Shown in pieces: positions 27,799 to 40,784 of a stretch of DNA of 64,000 bases (position 1 is the stretch's first letter; each line of letters begins with the position of its first letter). Under the pieces are notes generated by a model. It worked only from the letters and a program-made list of their open reading frames with translations, ran no database searches and was not told where the DNA came from. The DNA comes from Octopus bimaculoides. Lineage: Eukaryota. The stretch covers positions 7,197,639 to 7,261,638 of the forward strand of contig NC_068987.1 in NCBI RefSeq assembly GCF_001194135.2. The letters run 5' to 3'. The position numbers and the translations under genes were made by a program.

Positions 27799-28060
27799 TC
27801 AGGTCATCCCATAAGTTCTGTCCAAATTTTGAATAGAGAAAACAAGTGATCAAATGTAATATTTAATTGAAATTTAATCATCAATGTACTTTCCTTGATT
27901 ATCTATGACTTCCTTCCATCTATTTACAAGCTTTTTAATCTCATCAATGTAAAATTCTTTTGGTTTCAAAGCGAACAACTCTGAAATGTCAGTTTCGACC
28001 TCCTCCTGGCTTGCGAAAGTTATGTCCCCCAAATGATTCTGTAAACTACGAAACCCGTAA
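27799..28060 (-). mobile_element. Mariner transposon 3' remnant with TIR
   Basis: FRSLQNHLGDITFASQEEVETDISELFALKPKEFYIDEIKKLVNRWKEVIDNQGKYIDD* is a mariner C-terminus. TA at 27797-27798 followed by TCAGGTCATCCCATAAGTTCTGTCC marks the terminus. Truncated by a SINE. Confidence 0.85.
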
Positions 28061-28064
28061 TATG

Positions 28065-28285
28065 TGAGTGTCATTGTGTTTGTGTTTTGTTCCCCTCCCA
28101 TTGCTTAGCAACCGTTCATGGTTTGTTTAGCGCCCTGTAACTTAGCAAAAGAGACCGATAGAATAAGTACCAGACATATAACAGTAAGTAAGGAAGCTTA
28201 TTTCATTTTTACTACAACCCTTTTAATGCAGTGTCCCAGGATGGCCGCAGTCCAATGATTGAAAGCATTGAAAGATATGAGATAA
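28065..28285 (+). mobile_element. SINE family A, 3' half
   Basis: CCCTGTAACTTAGCAAAAGAGACCGATAGAATAAGTACC...GGATGGCCGCAGTCCAATGATTGAAA. Confidence 0.7.
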
Positions 28286-28999
28286 AAGATATGAAAAGCA
28301 TATCTATAATATCTATAAAAGTAAACACACTCCCTTTGAATACAACTACTAACATACTTGCACCTTAATAAGGATTATTCACCTATACACCAATGATTTT
28401 TACATGGCTGTAAAAACAAATAGCTTAAATGATGCAATACATATTCTGATCATTCTATATAAATTTATTAACCGCTGCTACTCTGTACAAAGGAATTAAA
28501 CAGCTAATGTGTTCGTTCCACCAAATATTAAGGGATTTCATGCAAGGCAACATTTGAAACATACAGCTTATACAATTTAGATTGGCAGCAAAAGAATATA
28601 ATTATTATAGAAATTGTTTTAGGAAACCAATATTTTGCAATGCTTCATATAAACTGTATTACTCTGATGTAATTATTGTAATAATTTTCTCTGTAGATAA
28701 ATGCTGATCCAAATGTCACGGAAGCATTTGCTTTATATTATAGATTCTTTCAAATAATAATGATTCCTAACAGACACAAAGCCATCTATTTCAGGCTATT
28801 ATGATATAATCGATTATATCGAACCCAGTATTTTGTAGATTGTAATGTTATTGATTCCAGAATAGGGAAAGGACTTGTCATCGACAGCATGATTGCAGCG
28901 CTGAGCCTAAAAAAATATACACGATGCTCTACCGATTCTGTAATTGAAGATAATGTCTTTTATATTTTCCTTACAGGTATTGGTGTTTAGTTAAGAAGC

Positions 29000-29124
29000 T
29001 TGTATTATTGCGTTCAGTTCCGCAGTGCGGCAGTACCTTCGGCAAGTATCTTCTACTGGGGTCCTTGGTAAATCAATGTCTTGTGAGTGAATTTGGTTCA
29101 CAGAAAACTGTGCTGAAGCTCCTC

Positions 29125-29126
<2 letters not shown>
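29000..29126 (+). mobile_element. SINE family A head, degenerate
   Basis: CGTTCAGTTCCGCAGTGCGG...CCTTCGGCAAGTATCTTCTACT...CTTGTGAGTGAATTTGG...GAAGCTCCTCGTATAT. Confidence 0.6.
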
Positions 29127-29176
<50 letters not shown>

Positions 29177-29941
29177 NNNNNNNNNNNNNNNNNNNNNNNN
29201 NNNNNNNNNNNNNNNNNNNNNNNNNNNNNNNNNNNNNNNNNNNNNNNNNNNNNNNNNNNNNNNNNNNNNNNNNNNNNNNNNNNNNNNNNNNNNNNNNNNN
29301 NNNNNNNNNNNNNNNNNNNNNNNNNNNNNNNNNNNNNNNNNNNNNNNNNNNNNNNNNNNNNNNNNNNNNNNNNNNNNNNNNNNNNNNNNNNNNNNNNNNN
29401 NNNNNNNNNNNNNNNNNNNNNNNNNNNNNNNNNNNNNNNNNNNNNNNNNNNNNNNNNNNNNNNNNNNNNNNNNNNNNNNNNNNNNNNNNNNNNNNNNNNN
29501 NNNNNNNNNNNNNNNNNNNNNNNNNNNNNNNNNNNNNNNNNNNNNNNNNNNNNNNNNNNNNNNNNNNNNNNNNNNNNNNNNNNNNNNNNNNNNNNNNNNN
29601 NNNNNNNNNNNNNNNNNNNNNNNNNNNNNNNNNNNNNNNNNNNNNNNNNNNNNNNNNNNNNNNNNNNNNNNNNNNNNNNNNNNNNNNNNNNNNNNNNNNN
29701 NNNNNNNNNNNNNNNNNNNNNNNNNNNNNNNNNNNNNNNNNNNNNNNNNNNNNNNNNNNNNNNNNNNNNNNNNNNNNNNNNNNNNNNNNNNNNNNNNNNN
29801 NNNNNNNNNNNNNNNNNNNNNNNNNNNNNNNNNNNNNNNNNNNNNNNNNNNNNNNNNNNNNNNNNNNNNNNNNNNNNNNNNNNTGGTGTTGTATGTAAAG
29901 TCGTTGACCCAAATTTAATGTTTGTTCTATAAGCAATGCAT

Positions 29942-29985
<44 letters not shown>

Positions 29986-32458
29986 GTATGCATGCGTGCA
30001 TCTGTCTATATGAATAGAAAAGAAGGGGAATTAGGTGAGAGGGCGGGGAATTGATGTTTTGTCCATTCGTTTACAGTTGTTTCATAATCGTTTTAGTTAT
30101 ATAATAGATATTACATTAACGTCCGCACGTACATAAAGTATACATATAAATATATGTGCGTATGTAAACCCATATATACAAGTGAGCTGAGAATTTAATA
30201 GAATAATCTTTGAAATGTTTCATTGTAAACCAAAACGTCAACTTTGTCAATATATATGTAATTAATTATGTTATATTTTGCAGAGTGTGTATGCAGTCTT
30301 TTTAATGATCTTGCCATCTCGCCATCATTTTTGTATGATTTTCTTTGACTCAAACTCATTTCTATTATATCACACTATTCTTCCATTTATAAAGGAAAGA
30401 ATGCCAATATTTTCTATTCGATAATTTTTATTATTTCTTTGTATTTTTTATGACTGATTCGTGTATGATTTTATTTGGAAGCGGTTACATGTGTCAATCA
30501 TGGCGATTCTTATTATATTCGGTCGTTTCCAAACACGAATTCTCCGAAGTATCACGCCGGCATTATTTCGTTTCAGTTCATAGAGCGATAGAATTAACGT
30601 TTAGATGATATAAATATTTCAGATGTATTTTATTAATGTTTGGCAGCTATTTCGAATTTATTGATAATATTTGGTTAAAGTATAGTCATCTAGTTGCGTA
30701 CAATCGTATATACGCATTCATATGTGATATTTGTGCATCTCTCACCCCCTCTATCCCCCCCACCTCTATCTTCATCTCTCTGGTGTACATATGGAGAGAT
30801 AACAGAAGAGTAAGAAATACCCAAGATTCTATGATGTTGAAATACATAACTTAGTTCCAATTACCGGTTGACAATTGTCTCCACTAACTTTACATTAGGA
30901 GCCATCTTGAAGATTGCTGTCACGATATATTTTGTTTTGTCTCCCTTAAACAAATATAAGGCATTGCGTGTTGTTCCTAAAGAAACTGATATTTGAGAGA
31001 TAGTGTATAAGTTGTTTACTTAAAAGAATACGCTTTAGTTTGCTCCAGTTTGTTGGTTAAATTAGATAAAGTAAAGTTTCTAAGAGCTCGGAAAATGATA
31101 AAAATGTACTATTATATAATACGCCAGTGAAATATTGAATAGCCTTTATTTAACCAAGTAGCTGATTCAATGTTTAGACGAATGTGTGAGGAATATGGGC
31201 AATGTTGCGGGATAAAGTATAATGAAAAGGGATTAAATGAGACTCCAGATCAAACAGATGAAGTAAACTTTTCATTAAAGTTTCACCAACCGTAGATATC
31301 CTCCGTTTTAAAGAATATCTGATACCACATTGTCTAATGTATCTGTTTCTTCTTCAAGATAGTAGGGCATGAATTGCGGAAATTTAGCTACTATTTTAGG
31401 CAAGTTGAATTATCAATAGCCTCTTAAATTGTTTCACTAGTATAGCAGTTTGTATGGGCGTTAGTAAGGTGATCGATCTAATTAGAAGTAATATGATTGA
31501 CATTATTAAACAAGAATAACAGCTAACAGTGGTCAACCACAAGTTGTTTGGTCATGGTCAACCAAAAGTTATTTTGAATAAGTCGATTTTTTATTTATTT
31601 ATTACGAAGGCAAATTATTTAGTTACTTTCATTGTATGAGAAAATAGAGACTATGACCAAGATATAAGTTCATAAAAGTTGTCAGTAACATAAACAAAAA
31701 TGGCTTTAATGGCAGACTGTGTTATGTAAGAATTCTGCTTGCAGAGAATTCACCTCCCGGTCAATGACATTTACCAGCAGAGCTACAGTGAGTGGAAATA
31801 GATCTAAAACATGTTTGCTCTTGTTACGAAATTATTTGTCATACCTTTTAGAACCTTACATTTTAATTTTAATTTTAATACTCAAAATAGATTACGTCCA
31901 CCTCCACAAATGGAAAGAAAGAACTCTGTCGAATGCATGATCACGTACTACCAACTAGAAATGAATGAAAGTTGGTTGAATAGAAAACAATACAACACTA
32001 ATAGCTTGAACTATGATGACGAAATGTTTGTTGGCTAGACGTGTTATATCTAGTAGCAAAAGCTGAACACAAGATATTAATACAAATAATACCATAAGGT
32101 TATTCGCTTAATTTTAGCTGTAGCTAACTTTAAAAACTTAATCCTGTGAATTTGAATTTTCTAATATATAAAGCCAATTCATACGCTACAAATACTTGGC
32201 GGTGTCTTAGCAGAGCCACGGCCTCTAACTGAAACAACTCTGATATATACGTTACACGTATGATTCGAAACGATAGAGAGCAAATTTCATAAATTCTCGG
32301 GAATTTTCTTCCTTTTTTTCTTTGTTTGTTTCAAAAGGTATTTTAATACAAGAATTGTTTGCATATCTTGTATTTTATTTCTTCAGAAGTTCACATTCGG
32401 GTTTTGTAATTATTACTCTAATATGTGTGAATAGAGATAAACTAATGTCCCTCTAGGC

Positions 32459-32998
32459 CAGAGGTCAACAAATTTTTTTCACGGCGGACGAGATAACTGA
32501 GAGAATGACGATCGCGGGCCGCATAACCATTTTGTTCAATGCAGTACAGTGTATATACAAAACATAAAGACTACCAACATATTTATTTACCAAACATTTA
32601 TCAAAGAAAGCGACGCTAACAATAAGAATGTCTATATAACACCAACACCCAATGCGCACATAATCTTACAAACTAAGCAGCAAAAACGTGAGTGAGGTTT
32701 GCGAAACTGGTGTTTAGCTTTTAAGACATCATCAATGTTTGCTTTGGAATTGCTGCATCCAACCAAGAGAATTGCTTTGAAATGTTCATCAGTCAACCTC
32801 TTTCAATGTGCTGACTTTACATTCTTCATTTTTGAAAACGTTTGCTCACAGACATAAGTTGTTCCAAACATTGCTGCCATACGAGAGGCAAATGAACTCT
32901 CATTGCGGGTACTTACACAAAAGGTACAGTGCGGCGGGCTGCTTGAACTGACCTTGTGGGCTAGATCCGGCCCGCGGACAGTAGTTTGGTGACTACTG
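32459..32998 (-). mobile_element. hAT (Charlie/Buster-type) internally deleted element, 540 bp
   Basis: Imperfect TIRs CAGAGGTCAACAAA / CAGTAGTCACCAAA (11 of 14 match); 8-bp TSD CTCTAGGC (32451-32458) / CTCTAGAC (32999-33006); subterminal CGCGGGCCG motifs. Minus-strand frame FASRMAAMFGTTYVCEQTFSKMKNVKSAH*KRLTDEHFKAIL matches the hAT C-terminal dimerisation region (FGSTY.CEQ.FS.M). Confidence 0.9.
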
Positions 32999-34084
32999 CT
33001 CTAGACGGATGGCCAACATAAATTTTGTAATTTGACAGCAATTGATAAACGAAATCAGATTTTGGAGGCATTTTGTCAGGAGCCGATATTGATTTTAATC
33101 AATATCTACAAAAGATCTTTGGATAATTGCTTCTAAACAAAGAGTCAGTGAATCAATTTAAAATTGAAAATAGTGTAGTTGTGTACACTTTTACATGTTT
33201 CAGAAGTGTGTGTTGTCTCCCCTCCTNNNNNNNNNNNNNNNNNNNNNNNNNNNNNNNNNNNNNNNNNNNNNNNNNNNNNNNNNNNNNNNNNNNNNNNNNN
33301 NNNNNNNNNNNNNNNNNNNNNNNNGTACTTGATTATATGTGTATTTCAACTGGTAATTGTGATACTCATTTCTTCATAATATTCGCGCGATTAGAAATCT
33401 GAATTTGAAAGTAAAGACTAATACTCATAGAAATGAAAGATTTATTTATTTTTATTTTTTACGAAGGTCTTAAAATTTCTAATCGTTGATCGAGATATTG
33501 TCATCTATACTAATTGTTCCACTATTGCTAACATTCTGTAACCGAACTTAAACATTGCAGGAAGATCAGGTGTGGTGGTAATGACCGCAATGATTGCCTA
33601 TATATTCTGTAGACTATACGCCTATTTATCATTGGCCATATTGTTAGATATTATTCCTGTATATTCCTATATACCTGAGCTAGTGTAATTTAGATACAAT
33701 GCATCATCTTGAGATTGGATTCATTATTTCCTTGCTTTGTATTTCACCCACTAGTCCATTTTAATACTCATGAAATGTAGTTTTAAACAGAGGTACTAGA
33801 AACAACGTAGCGATCAAGACACAAGAATACGACCGTTGTAGTATCAAATGTAAAATGACAGGTATTAGTGGTAGAAGTTAAATATTCTGCTAAATATAAA
33901 TAAACTTTGACACTAAAACAGGCTTACATTCACCTATACTGAACTTACGTAGAATTAGAAAGTAAGAATTTTCGATTAATCAATAAGAGGAAAATACCAC
34001 ATACCACTTTCCTGCAGTTCATATTACCAATATATTTTATACGTCGAAATCATGGTACTTTGAAAATATCGAATAAAAATATAG

Positions 34085-34178
34085 ACACAAGAGTGGCTGT
34101 GTGGTAAGAAGCTTGTTTCTGGTCGCACAGTTTCGTGTCCAGTCCCACAGTGTTGCCCCTTGTGCAAGTGTCTTACAT
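34085..34178 (+). mobile_element. SINE family A head only
   Basis: AAGAGTGGCTGTGTGGTAAGAAGCTTG...GTCCAGTCCCACAG...CCTTGTGCAAGTGTCTT. Confidence 0.65.
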
Positions 34179-34309
34179 AATAAATGTGATCGTACAAATT
34201 GAATCATCCTTGATGAAAGAGGTGATGATATTGAGTGGACCTAAGTTCATTTTTGCACCATTATGCTCCCAGAAACGGCCGTCGGATGTAACCCCCTGGA
34301 TGTTATAAT

Positions 34310-35209
34310 AATACACATTGTGTACTGGAGATCACGAACGAGTGAGATATACGTAAACACACGAGAGAAAAGTACAGGACAAAATACGAATAGAAGATAA
34401 CTCCTGATCTGTTGTCGAGCGGTTTATTTGTCATATTTCTTGCTTTTAACGACAATATAGGGAACTTTATACGACAGCAGGATCCAGAAATGTTTAAAAT
34501 ATAAAATCCATAGTGACTTAGAGCTTCGAACGACCAAACTACAACAGAATAGACCTACAGAGTAAACAATCGACAAAGACAAACATGAAGGGCTGTTAAG
34601 CCATCCCACTATAACCTTCTTTGCTTCCCTTATCTGTCTTTCTTCCACTCTCTTGTCGTTCCTTCTCTTTTCTCCTCACTTCTTTTGTTTCTTTCCCTCA
34701 TCCTCTCTCTTGTCTCCCTTCCCCTCTGCCTCTGCTACTTACAAGTGACTACTGGCCATTTCTCTTGCCCCTGTCTTTTCTGGACTTGACGTTCACCGAG
34801 TTGGATGTCATCTTTCTCGGCTCCCGACATTTTTCTTCTATCTTTTTCTTCTCTTCTAATTATTCTATTTCCTTTAGAAAAAATTCTCCCTGGCGTTACG
34901 CATTACAATTCCTCTAGTCCTATCGACCCTTAATGTTTGTCTTTGTCGATTGTTTACTCCATAGGTCCATTCTGTCGTTGTTTGTTCATTCGATGCTCTA
35001 ACTTACCATGAATTTTATATTTTAAAAATTTCTGGGTACTGCTGTCTTATGAAGTTCCCTATATTGTCGTTAAAAGCACGAAATAGGAGTAAAAAACAGC
35101 CCAACAACTGATGAGGAGTTATCTTCTATTGGTATTTTGTCCTATACTTTTCTCTCGTGTCTTTACGTATGTTTCACTCGCTGGTGATGTTCTATACACA
35201 ATGTGTATT
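34310..35209. repeat. Foldback: ~283-bp diverged inverted arms around a CT-rich spacer
   Basis: 34310-34592 aligns by eye to the reverse complement of 34927-35209 at roughly 80% identity (e.g. TTTTAACGACAATATAGGGAACTT and GAGTAAACAATCGACAAAGACAAACAT conserved). Confidence 0.85.
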
Positions 35210-36419
35210 TTTCATTGTATATATACATACATACATACACATCTGAGCTTCTGGTTACGACCGCGTAACGTATCTGTTCGACAAAAGAGACTGAATTCAC
35301 CCCAGAACGGAGTTTTGGTGTTAAATCCGGTCTTAGTTTGTGCCTATGTTCAAATATGAGTTTAAAAATATAAAGACATTCACACTCGTAAATCAATTTC
35401 ATGTATTCAACCTTTAGCTTTCCAATCCGCTTTACCTGAAATCTTCAGGGACTTGAGTACAAATGTAACAGCACTACTAACGTCCAAAATAGCAACATAT
35501 TCTATTCTGATCGACTGCATTTACTAGAAGTAACAACAGGCTTTATGTATAATTGAAATATTAACGGGCTGGGGGTTAATAGAAATACTACACGTTCGTT
35601 AACATTAACTTTGAAGGTAAATTCATTTATATGCACATATGCAAACATATAAAAACATTCATGCTTTTGTGCCTCTGCCTGTGTTTGTTTCATGTGCCTG
35701 TGTAGATCTTCATGAGTAAGTGTATTACATGTTTACATGTGCAGCCGTTTGTATGTGCGTGCGTTCAGATTTCCCTGCATGAAGAGAACTGATAATTCTC
35801 AAGTAAAACTGAATAATAATTTATGAAGAAAGATAAATTCATTTGAAGCAAGAAGAACAAAAAGTAAATTGCTTACATTCAAGCGAGGAAAATAAAAAAG
35901 AAGTTCCTTCATGGAAAATGAAATGTTTGGATGAGAATAGCCACCTTTGAATAGCATGCAAGAATCTAGAAGCGCTGTAATAACTGAGAAAATGGAAATT
36001 TAACAAGAAACAATTATGTAAGTGAAGGTAATAAAAATATCTAAAAACTTGCAGGTTAGAGGAATTGTTGAATCAATTTACTGTTCCCTCTGATTGGATT
36101 TATATAATATAATTAAGATTTTCTATGAATAGACTTGGGAATTCAAGTGTAATTTTGTGACAAAAATTCCGTATTCCAAAGTTCTCAGCGCAAATGCATT
36201 ATTCCTTAATTTTTTTTATCTCTTCCTTTTATTGACATTATGATATTCTCATCAAGTTTGAAAAGATAAACGAGAGAAGGTTAAAAAGAAAAGACAAAAC
36301 TATAAAAACAGTGCCAGACAAAACAGACCGAGCGTCAGGTGATTAATTTAATGCTTCCCAAATTAATCTCGGTTAAAATTGGAAGTTAGAAACAAGAAAA
36401 ATACAGACTGAAAAAGTTG

Positions 36420-36770
36420 ACATCTGTATGACTGCGTGGTAAGATGTTTACTTCCAAACCACATGGCTTCGAGTTTAGTCCCACTGTGTGACACATTGTG
36501 TGAGAGTCTTATACTGTAGCCTCGGGATAACCAAAGCCTAGCGAGTGGATTTGGAATATGGAAAATAAAAGAAGCTCCTTGTACATCTATGTGTGTGTTT
36601 GTGTGCTTGGGTCTATCTCTACCGCTTGACAACCAGGGCTGCCTTATTTATCTCCCTTAACTAAACAGCTAAGTAAAAGAGAAAGATAAAATAACTACCA
36701 GAATTTTAAAAAAAGCATATGTAGGCGGCGCCAATGACTGAAACAAGTAAAATATAAAAGATAAAAACAG
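36420..36770 (+). mobile_element. SINE family A, near full length, diverged
   Basis: Head GCGTGGTAAGA...AACCACATGG...AGTCCCACTGTG, body ACCAAAGCC...GAGTGGATTTGG...GCTTGACAACC, tail AATGACTGAAACAAGTAAAA. Confidence 0.7.
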
Positions 36771-36975
36771 AAAAATATGTTGCAGATACATCCGTTGTAT
36801 GAGTATAATTATCAACTGGTTAAAATTACAAGCAACTGCTACACTATATGAAAAAAACAAATTGCAGAAGGAAATTTTGAGAGAATGAAAGAACTTAACA
36901 ATGAAATTAGAAAAATTATTTCGATCTAACACCATAAAAAAAAGCAAAGAAAAACAAACGGTTTGTCAACTCTTC

Positions 36976-37815
36976 GGCGGAGGTAAAGATCATGGACCGC
37001 ACCCCCTTTGGGATTTTTTTAAAGTTTTTGTTTTTTACAGGAACACACTATATCGAGGGCAGAGATTTCGGATCTGCAAAAGTAAAAAGCATTTCAAAAT
37101 TTTAATTTTCCCCCATCGATGTCTTAAATTTTCACTCTTTTAAAAATTTTGGGGGGGGCGAAATACGTAGAAAAATACGGAGATTATGATTCTTAAAAAA
37201 ATCGTTTGTAAAATTTCAATTAAAAACAAAATAAACGCCCTTCACCTCCACTTTATAACAGAAAGTGAAATTTACCCCACCCCTTTTTTACTTTGCCTGA
37301 GGAGCAAAGAATGAANNNNNNNNNNGTTTTTGTTTTTTACAGGAACACACTATATCGAGGGCAGAGATTTCGGATCTGCAAAAGTAAAAAGCATTTCAAA
37401 ATTTTAATACGAATTACCAAAAAAGAAAAAATTTCATAACTTAAATCCCCACCCCCAATTTCTTCATTTTTCACTTATTTTCGAAGCATTGGGGGGGGGG
37501 GGGCGAAATACGTAGAAAAATACGGAGATTATGATTCTTAAAAAAATCGTTTGTAAAATTTCAATTAAAAACAAAATAAACGCCCTTCACCTCCACTTTA
37601 TAACAGAAAGTGAAATTTACCCCACCCCTTTTTTACTTTGCCTGAGGAGCAAAGAATGAAAACGTGTTTTGGGGATTTCAAAATGTTCAATTTTTAAGTA
37701 CGCCCCAACCGGAAATCTAACAAGCGAGAAACAACAGCCAAACCGACGATCAACTTTCTAAATACGAATTACCAAAAATAAAAAAAATGTTTTTTAATGT
37801 CATTTTGCTGTGAGC

Positions 37816-37846
<31 letters not shown>

Positions 37847-38246
37847 TGTGTCTGTGTGAGTGCAAAAAATTTTATTTTTACATAACTTTCTTAATTCCAA
37901 AAGACCCTCAACCACAACATCGTCGTGAAACATTAGTAAAGAAAAAACTTTAATTTCACTTCTTGTCATAGGGCAGAGGGGATGGGTGTTTATTTATTAT
38001 TTTTTTTTTTAAATTTTAATTTTACAAATTTTTTCTTTTCAGTATCATAAATTCCATATTTTTCTAAGTATTTCATCTTGCAAAATTTTTCTAAAAAGTG
38101 AAAATTTAAGAAATGGGTTTGGGGTTAAAATTTTGAAATATGTTTTTCTTAATTTATCAGATTTGGAATCTCCGCCATCGATATAGTGTGTTCCCGTAAA
38201 AAAAAATAATAAAATCCTAAAGGGGTCCATGATCTTTACCTCCGCC
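36976..38246. mobile_element. Non-autonomous long-TIR DNA transposon (Merlin- or Mutator-like)
   Basis: First 23 bp identical at both ends (GGCGGAGGTAAAGATCATGGACC); TIR similarity extends ~170 bp; 8-bp TSD AACTCTTC / AACACTTC. Length is inflated by a ~300-bp duplication across the N-gap at 37316-37325. Confidence 0.8.
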
Positions 38247-39410
38247 AACACTTCTGTACGTGGCTGATTTTAATGACATGGAATATTAAATTTTAATTGA
38301 AAATATTCAAGGAAAGTGCACTAAACCTTCCATGGTAAGTCGGGTAAATGCCGGAAGCATTTTACGGTTATTAAATAGCGGAGTAAACAATGGTGTGCAC
38401 TTGATGGACACTTGATGTGCACTCGATGCACACTTGGTTCCCAAATGATTACTAAAAATATTTCTCTAGAAGTTAATTGATGTAGAAATTAATTCAGGTT
38501 GCCTTCGTTATAATTTAACTTGGGTATTGGTGTAATGTTAGCATTAACTGTGAATAACAGTGAACATACAAATGAGGAATAAATTATCTGCGCACATTTA
38601 ATTGGCAAACTGACTAACGAATACAATATATTCAACATGCATATTAATTTATATTACAAAATTATAATTATCATAATTATGAATTAAGATCATTTGGGAC
38701 AATTGCAGACATATTTTCCCTATATCTACAAACTATGCGCTATCTTGCATCACATTTCATATTGTCTTTCCTAATTTTCAATTATATCGCGAGAAAATCC
38801 TTCTTTCTCATTAAACATATTTTATTCATTAGCTCTATACCAAATTTACCGAGATCTATGCACGTTACGTAAGCCTTAAGTAACGTATTGTACCAATATA
38901 TTTGTTAACGAGCGAGATCTCTATGTGGAAGAACGAACTGCGAGAAACGGGAGTCACAAACACCCCAAATTACATCCTACTCTGTAAAAAAAGAAGTACA
39001 TATTGGATGTTGGATATACATGTACTCTGTATTTATGTATATATGTTTAAGTGTATATGTGTGTGTGTGTGTTCTTTCAGTCATTTAAAATTTTTATGCT
39101 TTTACATACAAATGCATATTTACACATCTTCACATACACACACATACATAAAGACACTTACACATATTCATAAACATTAATGACTTTTCTATAATTAGGA
39201 ATGCTATTTCAATTAATTAAAAATTGTTTTCGGTTCACCACACGAAATTAGCAACATTGATGTCTGTAAGTATACTTATTTAATATACATACATTATTCT
39301 CTCTCACACACACACACACACGCACATATATATATATGATAAATATATACAATGAGAGAGAGAGAAGAGACAGAGTTGAGTGAAGTGTGTGTATGTGTGT
39401 ATGTGTGTAT

Positions 39411-39468
<58 letters not shown>

Positions 39469-40784
39469 TAGAGAGAGTGCATTTATGAATCATTATGAAT
39501 ATATGATATAAATACCGAGTTGGTCCATCTATAGATAATATGTGAATTGTAAGCCAAAAGCAATTTATAGATTGATCTAGAAACGCTAAAATGTTGACTG
39601 GAAGAATCTTTTAATACATTCCTACAACAGATGAGTAATATCATTTAATTAAAACTGTCCTCATTAAACTGACTTCAGCTCATAATTTTTTTCATTTATA
39701 AAGTTGACATTTTCCCCACTGTTATAGGTCATTATTTGCTTCCTACTGGAAAAGAAACATTATGATGATTAATATATTTTGAAAGTGTGATGACACAGCA
39801 TGTGAACGTCTTTATTACAAAAATACAGATGCAAATGAAGTTGTGCATTGGACTTAGAAGCTGAAATAATGTAAGAAGACAAAGAAACTTGTTTTCAAAA
39901 TGGTTTACCCGTGAAATGTGCAGTTACAATCAGTTCTGAAGTCACGCATCGTCGAACAACTATCATAAGCAAAGAAATAATGTAAAATATCATCAATAAA
40001 AATACCTGAATTTCAATGTCTGCAACAATAGTAAAAATATATCCGACGTCTAAAACAGTAGCAAATGAATAAATTCAATGTCCACAATAAGAAGAAGAAA
40101 ATAAGAGATCAAACGAGTAGCAAAACTAGACTGGAAGAAAGACTAATAATTTCCCCTGTTAGCAGACGGCCTCAACTATTGAAGAGAAACATTGAGTCAA
40201 TCTCACAGGTCTCAGAGTGCAAATAGCATTACTAGTCGAAGCTCCTGCATCTAGCTCATCTCTGTCTCAAGTAAAAAATATACAGATGGCGTGTATAGTG
40301 GACTGAAATTAAATTACCTTAGTACATGAACTAGCAAGCTCGCTTGCTACGCCACATTGCGGAAATATTTATAGAATGGATGTGCTTCTGGCTGATTTCA
40401 AAATGACATCAAGAAAAAATTGCAACGCATTGATCTACGCTTGTGGTTTGTCAAATGTTGCTCTCGGAATATCAGTAATGCGAAATGTCATCTTTCAGTC
40501 AGTAAATTACCATCCCAGTGGTGCAATGTGTATTGTGTGGTTACTATATTTTGTATATTTAACACAGTCCAATGCTTAGAAATAAATATACATTGATAAT
40601 AACAATAAATAAATAAACATTTGATGGATGGATGATGCAACTCGAGTATATAACACAGAACAGAAAAAATAAGAAATAAAGCATTTTATATACTTGCTTA
40701 TTCATTCGTTGAGCAGAAGTCTATAGATCGCAACTCTGCTCTGCTAATAAATGGTAACTGTGTTGAATATTTATGCATTGCAAC

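Noticed and set aside
31745-31787. Possible 43-nt exon (GCAG|...ACA|GTGAGT)
   Set aside because: Weak polypyrimidine tract and no recognisable peptide; such signals are common by chance.
34310-35209. CRISPR-like or prokaryotic system interpretation of any repeat in the window
   Set aside because: No equal-length direct repeats with unique spacers, no cas-like ORFs and no operon structure; sequence is eukaryotic.
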